This document shows, one piece after another, positions 57,950-64,000 of a stretch of DNA of 64,000 nucleotides. The translations under genes were made by a program, and so were the position numbers. The notes beneath the pieces are model-generated. The model searched no databases, was not told the DNA's origin, and saw only the letters and a program-made list of their open reading frames with translations. This DNA is from an uncultured Lachnospiraceae bacterium (GTDB taxonomy: Bacteria; Bacillota; Clostridia; Christensenellales; UBA1242), in the NCBI GenBank assembly GCA_964400145.1, contig CAYNTF010000003.1:75370-139369 (forward strand). The letters run 5' to 3'. Every line of letters begins with the position of its first letter. The first letter of the stretch is position 1.

Positions 57950-58477
57950 TTAAAGCATTTTTTTATAAAAATTAGTGTCATTCCAATCTAAACATAATGG
58001 ATTTTTGTATATTTCAAAGCCATTATTCAATAGAACTTTGTTTGAGCCAACATTGTTAATATTACATTGAGCAATAACTTCTTTCATGTCAAATTCTTTT
58101 GCTCGCTCCAACAGCATTTTGACAAATTGTGAACAATAACCTTTTTTACGCTCACCTGGTCTTGTTTTATACCAAATATGTCCACGATGTTTACGCCAAA
58201 AATTAGTCATTTCAAGTATAAGTCCACCAATCACAACGGGTTTATTATCTGCAAAAAGAATATAGTTTTCACTTTTGGGATGCTCTTCACTATTATTGAA
58301 CCCATAAGCATATCTCATCATTTCAGCAATTTTTTCTTTAACTTTCTGCTTAGTCATGCCATTATATTCATTGTGCTGTTCAAATTCATCAACAACAGGG
58401 ATTTCTTGCAACATTTCATATACACCACAATCTTCATCAATCATCCATGTACGCAACTCTTGCAACTTATAATTCAT
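57950..58477 (-). CDS. GNAT-family N-acetyltransferase
   Basis: RKKGYCSQFVKMLLERAKE ... NINNVGSNKVLLNNGF, consistent with motif A/B topology. Confidence 0.75.
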   Translation of the reverse strand: MNYKLQELRTWMIDEDCGVYEMLQEIPVVDEFEQHNEYNGMTKQKVKEKIAEMMRYAYGFNNSEEHPKSENYILFADNKPVVIGGLILEMTNFWRKHRGHIWYKTRPGERKKGYCSQFVKMLLERAKEFDMKEVIAQCNINNVGSNKVLLNNGFEIYKNPLCLDWNDTNFYKKML

Positions 58478-58502
58478 AGAACATCTTTCCTTTCTAACTT
58501 AA

Positions 58503-58877
58503 TTATCCATTCGATTCAAGAAAGCTCTTTATATTTACTATTATTATAGACTTCACTTTTAATTCTGGTGGCAAATTTTCAGTTTCTTCAAATCTTTTTA
58601 TTTCTTCAAATAGCTCTCCCCTTTCGCAAATTTCTGCAACTCCTTCAATTTTATATTGTAAATCATCTTGCTCTGGAAAATAAACATTGATAAAACATTT
58701 ATTGTTATTTTTTATGTTTTCAATGCTTTTTTTCATTTGTATATTAGACAAAATAATTCTATCTTTTTCGATTCGACTAGGTATCACACATATACTTCTC
58801 GGAAAGCCATTTAAGCCGATAGTAGAAAAAATAACTTTTTCAATATTCTTAATATTTTGTACTTGATTTTCAGTCAT
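58503..58877 (-). CDS. Pyridoxamine-5'-phosphate-oxidase-like (FMN-binding split-barrel) protein
   Basis: Size and pattern only (IFSTIGLNGFPRSI...); GAGGAGGA RBS. Confidence 0.45.
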   Translation of the reverse strand: MTENQVQNIKNIEKVIFSTIGLNGFPRSICVIPSRIEKDRIILSNIQMKKSIENIKNNNKCFINVYFPEQDDLQYKIEGVAEICERGELFEEIKRFEETENLPPELKVKSIIIVNIKSFLESNG

Positions 58878-59044
58878 ATATCCTCCTCAACTTTCACTCC
58901 AATGCCCCACTTCGCAAGAGAGTTGCGACCAACTCGCCAGCATAAGCGCGAGTTGCGTTTGGTCGCAAAGATGAAAAAACAAGCGTTAAGCGAAGCTTTT
59001 TGGCACTTGTGACAAAAACGAGCCCACAGCGCAGTTTTTTCATT

Positions 59045-59130
<86 letters not shown>

Positions 59131-59387
59131 ATTTTGCATTCATAAAAGTCAATTTATGATATTTTCAAAATCCCCCACCACATATTGCTTTCAAATCAAT
59201 GCCATTTTGGGTTTTCGCACATTCATGCCAACTTATTCTTTTTCAACATTTATGTTTTCTTTCTCTTCCCGATTGAAATATTTTTAAAAAAATTGAGAAA
59301 AATTCTCAAAATTTTATAAATCAATCTATTAACCTAAAATTTAGGGGGTTAAGTGACACAAAATGTCAATTCACTTCGTGTCACTTC

Positions 59388-59462
59388 TGGAGGTACCACC
59401 CGGATTTGAACCGGGGAATAAAGGTTTTGCAGACCTTTGCCTTACCACTTGGCGATGGTACC
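59388..59462 (-). tRNA. trnC: tRNA-Cys (anticodon GCA), CCA encoded
   Basis: Hand-folded: AAGGT-CTGCAAA-ACCTT anticodon arm; discriminator T. Confidence 0.9.
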
Positions 59463-59485
59463 ACGCTTGAAAGGATGACATGTAA

Positions 59486-59514
59486 ACTATACCACATTAA
59501 AACAGTTTTGTCAA
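59486..59514 (-). promoter_or_regulatory. tRNA-Cys promoter: TTGACA-17-(TGg)TATAGT
   Basis: Spacing counted directly. Confidence 0.6.
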
Positions 59515-59678
59515 ATGTTTTTAAAATTAATTTGCTATTTTCAAATTTATTTTGAATTTTTTTTGATTTTTCAGGACTTTTATTCAAAAATTTCACTCAA
59601 ATTTTCTGTTATATCACCATATTATTTATTATATGCAAAATTTTTTATCAGTGTTTTTGAAAAAATATTGAAAAATGC

Positions 59679-59707
59679 TTGATTTTTTTCTTTAAATTTG
59701 TTATCAT
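59679..59707 (+). promoter_or_regulatory. tRNA-Gly promoter: TTGATT-17-TATCAT
   Basis: Spacing counted directly. Confidence 0.5.
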
Positions 59708-59730
59708 ATTGGAGTGCTTGATTGTTTCTT

Positions 59731-59805
59731 GCGGGAATGGCTTAGTGGTATAGCGCAGCCTTGCCAAGGCTGAGGTCGCGGGTTCGATCCCCGTTTCCCG
59801 CTCCA
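59731..59805 (+). tRNA. trnG: tRNA-Gly (anticodon GCC), CCA encoded
   Basis: GCGGGAA acceptor, CAGCC-TTGCCAA-GGCTG anticodon arm, GGTTCGATCC T-loop. Confidence 0.92.
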
Positions 59806-59841
59806 AAAAAACATCTTCGTTTGTGAAGATGTCTTTTTTTT
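59806..59841. terminator. Bidirectional terminator (tRNA-Gly / rmuC)
   Basis: ACATCTTC/GAAGATGT stem flanked by A7 and T9. Confidence 0.75.
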
Positions 59842-59859
59842 ATCAAAATATCAATCTCT

Positions 59860-61170
59860 TCATTCGCTGTCTGTGTCGGTCAAGTCTTCCAAGCCCAAAA
59901 CCTTCAAACTTTCTTTTGTGTCCAGACGCTCAACAGAGCGCAATTTGCTTGCAAGCAGTCGGCTTCGCGTGCCAACAAGCGTGTCAAAATCTTTGCTGGT
60001 GCGCTCGAACTGTCCGCGAATTTTGACAACGATATCATTAAATTTGTCAAATTCAGTTCTCACAGCACCCAAAATCTTCCAAACTTCGCCCGATTTTTTC
60101 TGTATGGCAAGTGTTTTGAAACCCATTTGCAGACTGTTCAACAGTGCAGACATGGTGGTCGGACCTGCAATGGTCACGCTGTATTTCTCTTGCAACTCTT
60201 CAATCAGTCCCATTTTGGCAACTTCGGCATAGAGCCCTTCAACAGGCAAAAACATTACGGCAAAATTGGTTGTTCTTGGTGGGCAAATGTATTTTTGATT
60301 AATGTCCTTTGCCATACCTTTGATTGTGGTTTTGAGTTGCTCCTTTTTCTGCTTGACTTGTTCAAACTCATTGTTTTCATACGCACTCTGCAAGTCGCCA
60401 TATACAGTGTATGGAAATTTGCTGTCAACAGGCAAATAGACAAACTCCCCTTCCGACTGCCCCGGAAGTTTGATGGCATACTCCACAGGCTCGTGACCTT
60501 CCCCTGTCACAAAGTTGGTTTCATATTGGTCTTTTGTCAACATTTGGTCGAAGATTGCACCAAGTTGAATTTCACCAAATATGCCCGTTGTTTTGACATT
60601 TGAAAGCATTTTAGTCAAATTGCCAACATCGCTGGCGATATTTTGCATTTCGCCCAAACTTTTGTAAACACTTTCAAGTTGATTGGAAAGCACTGCAAAA
60701 CTCTCTTTAAACCTGTCGTTGATGGTCTTGGACAATTTTTCGTCAACCGTTTCGCGCATCCTGTCAAGTTGGCGATTGTTGTCTTCTTGAAGAGATTTGA
60801 TGTGCGCGTCGTTGGAGCGCCTTATGTTCTCCAACTTTTCTTCTTGCATTTTGGAAATGTTCTGCATACGCTCGTCAAGTTGACCGATAAGTTCCATAAC
60901 CCGCTTTTCAAGTGATTGCGAATTTCCCGATAAATTTTCTTGAAAGGCTCTTAGTGTCTGCAAAACCGCTTCATTGTTCGCCCTTTGCGTTTCGCTTATA
61001 CTTTTGCTGATGAAGTCGACATTGTTGTTAAACGAATTTTTTATCTCTTCCTTATCCCTTACCGACAACTCGCTCCTGTTTCTCGTTTTCAAGCAAACGA
61101 AAATGCAAACAAGGCTCAAAAGAACGGATATCCCAACCAGCACGCACAAAATTATCATTTCAAAACTCAT
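59860..61170 (-). CDS. rmuC: DNA recombination protein RmuC
   Basis: N-terminal TM segment, long coiled coil, and a C-terminal RmuC nuclease-like domain (FAVMFLPVEGLY...). Confidence 0.85.
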   Translation of the reverse strand: MSFEMIILCVLVGISVLLSLVCIFVCLKTRNRSELSVRDKEEIKNSFNNNVDFISKSISETQRANNEAVLQTLRAFQENLSGNSQSLEKRVMELIGQLDERMQNISKMQEEKLENIRRSNDAHIKSLQEDNNRQLDRMRETVDEKLSKTINDRFKESFAVLSNQLESVYKSLGEMQNIASDVGNLTKMLSNVKTTGIFGEIQLGAIFDQMLTKDQYETNFVTGEGHEPVEYAIKLPGQSEGEFVYLPVDSKFPYTVYGDLQSAYENNEFEQVKQKKEQLKTTIKGMAKDINQKYICPPRTTNFAVMFLPVEGLYAEVAKMGLIEELQEKYSVTIAGPTTMSALLNSLQMGFKTLAIQKKSGEVWKILGAVRTEFDKFNDIVVKIRGQFERTSKDFDTLVGTRSRLLASKLRSVERLDTKESLKVLGLEDLTDTDSE

Positions 61171-61229
61171 TTTCTTCTCCTTTATTCATAATTGGAATTT
61201 TTATGAATTATATCATACAAATTATATCA

Positions 61230-61263
61230 TAAAAAAAGTGTTTTTCAAAAACAAAAAACACTT
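61230..61263 (-). terminator. Terminator after the DUF4097-like gene
   Basis: AGTGTTTTT/AAAAACACT stem then T7 on the minus strand. Confidence 0.6.
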
Positions 61264-61316
61264 CTAAATAATCAATTCAAGCAATTTGTTTGCCAAAATG
61301 TTTGTGGTTGTCAAAA

Positions 61317-62858
61317 TCAAACCAAATTGAAATAAATTGAGCCGTTGGTATAAATTGTCATTATTCCATTTGTGCCACTTTCATTGGCGTTTACTTCAAG
61401 CGGATTGTTTGAATCCCCCGACAAGTTTCCAATTTCAACATGAATTTTACTGCTGTTGCCATCAAGTTGATTTCTGTTTGCATCATACATCGTCGCTGTG
61501 AATTTTGCCGAACTTGTTATGTTGATTGTCACATTTCCGCTTGTGCTGTCAATGACCACACCAACAACACCTCCCGATGTTCCTGTGGCTGCTGAAACCG
61601 AACCGTTAAAGGTCAAAACGATGTTCCCTGAGCCATTTTGTATGTCGATAATTTCGTTGTTGCCGTCTGCGATTGTCAAATTGACAGAAAGTTTGCCACC
61701 ACTTCGGCTGTTGACTTCCACTTCGCCCATAACTTCGCCGACAGTCAAGTTTCCGTCATCTGCGTAAACAATCAAATCACCTGTGATTTTTGCAATATTC
61801 AAACTTGGCGCACTGTCGTCATCATCGGCATAAAAACTGAAATTGCCATATATCGCATTTCTCACTGTGATGTTTGGCGATATGACAGTGTTTATTGAGT
61901 CACCAAAGGACAGATTTCCGTAAACTTCTGTGAAAACATAGTTGCCTTGCTCGCACGAAGAGAACATTGTTGAATCTGCAACAAGATATCCAATGGCAAC
62001 ATTCCCCGTCTTGCAAGTGATTTCAACATCGTTTTCATTTGAATATGCGGATGCATCAACCTTCAAAATGTTTAAGTCTATCGTCCCTTTTTGTGTTTCA
62101 AAATACACAGGACAATCAACATCAAGACCTGTTCCTGTCTTGGTTTCTTCATTAGTGGTTGTTATTGTCACACTTTTTCTTGAAGTTATATCGCCACTTG
62201 TGGTTTTCAGCGAGATGTTTTTCAGCACATCTGTGTCCAACCTGTTTGTGATTGTTATATCCCCGCTTTCTGTTGTGACATCAACTGACTTTATTTTTGT
62301 CAGTTCTGTGTTCGTTCCCGCATTGAAAGAACCACCCAAATTCACAGACCCATCTGTTGTTATGATTTTGATGTTGATGTTTTCAAAATTTATATCACTG
62401 TTCTCTCGTGCATGCAAAACGATTGTCACGCTTTTGGAGAAATAAAGAAACCCTGTCGGTTCTGTGACCTCAACGGTCAATTTTTTGCCAGAACTTGAAA
62501 GTGTTGCCGTGTAACTGAACTGCACAGCATTGCTTGCCGCCGTGAAACCTTTTGCGCCATTTTTGATGAATATTCCGTCTTGCTTGTATGAATCGTTGTC
62601 ATCTTTTTCAATAATCACATCTGCGTATGAACATGTGATGTCAATTTCTTCCAATTCATCCCAATTTATTGTTGTGCCATTGCTGTCTTGCGTGCTTATC
62701 ACTTTTGTTTCATTGGAAGAAAAATATTGCAACCAAAGGACACTTTTGCCCGGATTAAAAATCATAATCACGACGCAAACCATAAACACCGCGAACAAAA
62801 CCAAAACAAACAATCCAAAATAGAAGAAAAACCCTTTTCTAATCTGTCCTTGTGGCAT
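61317..62858 (-). CDS. Membrane-anchored beta-helix repeat protein (DUF4097/putative adhesin-like)
   Basis: N-terminal TM segment; recurring SGDITI/GNVxI/GNLTV turns typical of DUF4097 repeats. Confidence 0.55.
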   Translation of the reverse strand: MPQGQIRKGFFFYFGLFVLVLFAVFMVCVVIMIFNPGKSVLWLQYFSSNETKVISTQDSNGTTINWDELEEIDITCSYADVIIEKDDNDSYKQDGIFIKNGAKGFTAASNAVQFSYTATLSSSGKKLTVEVTEPTGFLYFSKSVTIVLHARENSDINFENINIKIITTDGSVNLGGSFNAGTNTELTKIKSVDVTTESGDITITNRLDTDVLKNISLKTTSGDITSRKSVTITTTNEETKTGTGLDVDCPVYFETQKGTIDLNILKVDASAYSNENDVEITCKTGNVAIGYLVADSTMFSSCEQGNYVFTEVYGNLSFGDSINTVISPNITVRNAIYGNFSFYADDDDSAPSLNIAKITGDLIVYADDGNLTVGEVMGEVEVNSRSGGKLSVNLTIADGNNEIIDIQNGSGNIVLTFNGSVSAATGTSGGVVGVVIDSTSGNVTINITSSAKFTATMYDANRNQLDGNSSKIHVEIGNLSGDSNNPLEVNANESGTNGIMTIYTNGSIYFNLV

Positions 62859-63042
62859 ATGAACTCCTTTGACAACAATTTGATATATCTTTTTTGATAA
62901 ACTCGTTATAATTGTATTATATCAAAACGAAAAGAATTTGTCAAATGAATGCAAAAACAAAACAATTCTCCAAAAAACAATTCCAAAACAAAAATATTTT
63001 TATCAATTCAATCAATAAATTTGTCAATAAACAATTCAAAAA

Positions 63043-64000
63043 TCAATCCAAAATTGCTTTAATTCTGCGCACCCCGCTTGAAGAACTCTCTTCTTTGATA
63101 ATTTTCAAATGATGCAAATCTTTGGTGTTTTTCGCATGAGGTCCGCCACAAATTTCCTTAGAAACATCGCCCACAGAATAGACTTTCACAACTTGCCCAT
63201 ACTTACTCTCAAAAACGCCAACTGCACCGCTCTTTTTTGCATCAGCGACGCTCATTTCTTCGCAAGTGACAGGAATTTCACGCGCAATGGCATCATTGAC
63301 GAATTTTTCAAGTTCAGCAATCTCTTGCGGGGTCATCTTGTGGTCGAAATTAAAGTCAATTCGAAGTCGCTCTGGCGTGATGTTTGAACCCTTTTGCATA
63401 ACTTGCGAACCGAACATTTTTCGCAAGCCCGCCATAATCAAATGTGTTGCTGTGTGCAACTTTGCACTTTCGTAAGAACTGTCCGCAAGTCCACCCTTAA
63501 AGACGCCAGCCGACGCCGTTCGGCTTTTTTCTTGGTGCTCTTGAAATGCTTTTTTGAAACCTTCTTCGTCGACATCATATCCTCTTTCGCGTGCCAATTC
63601 TTTTGTCAACTCAAACGGAAAACCAAAGGTGTCATAAAGTCTGAAACAAGCCTTGCCAGAGATGATATTTTCCACAACTTCGCCCTTTTGTGAAGCAAAT
63701 GCCTTGTGTTTTTCAATGCCAGCGATGACCTTTTCAAATTCTTTATGTCCTTCTTCCAGCGCCTTGGAAAATTTTTCAACTTCGGCGTTAAGTTCTTCCT
63801 TAATCTTTTGTCTGTTTTTCTTTAAATCGGAATAATAATCTTGATATTCATCAACATACATATCCACAATATGCTCAAAGTTTGCTGTGTCAAAGCCGAT
63901 GTTTCGCGCACAGTTAACCGCCCTGCGAATAAATCTGCGCAAGATGTAACCCTGTCCAACATTGGATGGGGCCACTGCGCGATAATCCCCCAAAATGAAA
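63043..64000 (-). CDS. alaS: Alanine--tRNA ligase, 3' part (runs off the right edge)
   Basis: HTATHLIMAGLR ... CGGPH ... SSSSGVRRIKAI (editing domain). The ORF is open to nt 64000. Confidence 0.9.
   Translation of the reverse strand, partial: FILGDYRAVAPSNVGQGYILRRFIRRAVNCARNIGFDTANFEHIVDMYVDEYQDYYSDLKKNRQKIKEELNAEVEKFSKALEEGHKEFEKVIAGIEKHKAFASQKGEVVENIISGKACFRLYDTFGFPFELTKELARERGYDVDEEGFKKAFQEHQEKSRTASAGVFKGGLADSSYESAKLHTATHLIMAGLRKMFGSQVMQKGSNITPERLRIDFNFDHKMTPQEIAELEKFVNDAIAREIPVTCEEMSVADAKKSGAVGVFESKYGQVVKVYSVGDVSKEICGGPHAKNTKDLHHLKIIKEESSSSGVRRIKAILD

Overview
No database search was possible. Product names come from motif recognition in the supplied ORF translations, my own hand translation of selected stretches, and gene order. 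This looks like a core chromosomal segment of a low-GC (mid-30s % by eye) endospore-lineage Firmicute, Clostridia-like. It uses the standard genetic code: the tRNA-Trp anticodon is CCA and TGA serves as a stop. There are about 55 CDS, almost all on the minus strand, plus 4 tRNAs. I saw no rRNA, CRISPR array, transposase or integrase. Recognisable content: a type IIA topoisomerase B/A pair, plsC, rluB, a D-Ala-D-Ala carboxypeptidase, ytfJ/ytfI, two glycosyltransferases, DUF1846, murI, gpr, rpsT, ung, ku, an M1 peptidase, the dnaB(DnaD-domain)-dnaI pair, era-ybeY-yqfD-yqfC-floA, ogg, rplU-prp-rpmA, rluD-lspA, sepF, an M18 aminopeptidase, the str operon (rpsL-rpsG-fusA-tuf), ligA-pcrA, rmuC and the alaS 3' end. 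Accessory content sits between these blocks: two paralogous DUF285/BspA-like surface proteins, a four-gene lipoprotein array, an orphan two-gene operon, and an unknown ORF inserted inside the str operon. The most unusual signal is a set of three sigma-A type promoters at 13.5 kb, 44.5 kb and 52.3 kb. Each has a -35/-10 spacer built around a C8-C9 homopolymer (G8-G9 on the + strand). This is the classical architecture of slipped-strand phase variation. Two of them drive the DUF285 surface proteins and one drives the orphan operon. Caveat: a nearby pseudogene is broken by single-base indels at short homopolymers, so homopolymer sequencing error cannot be excluded and all tract lengths need raw-read confirmation.
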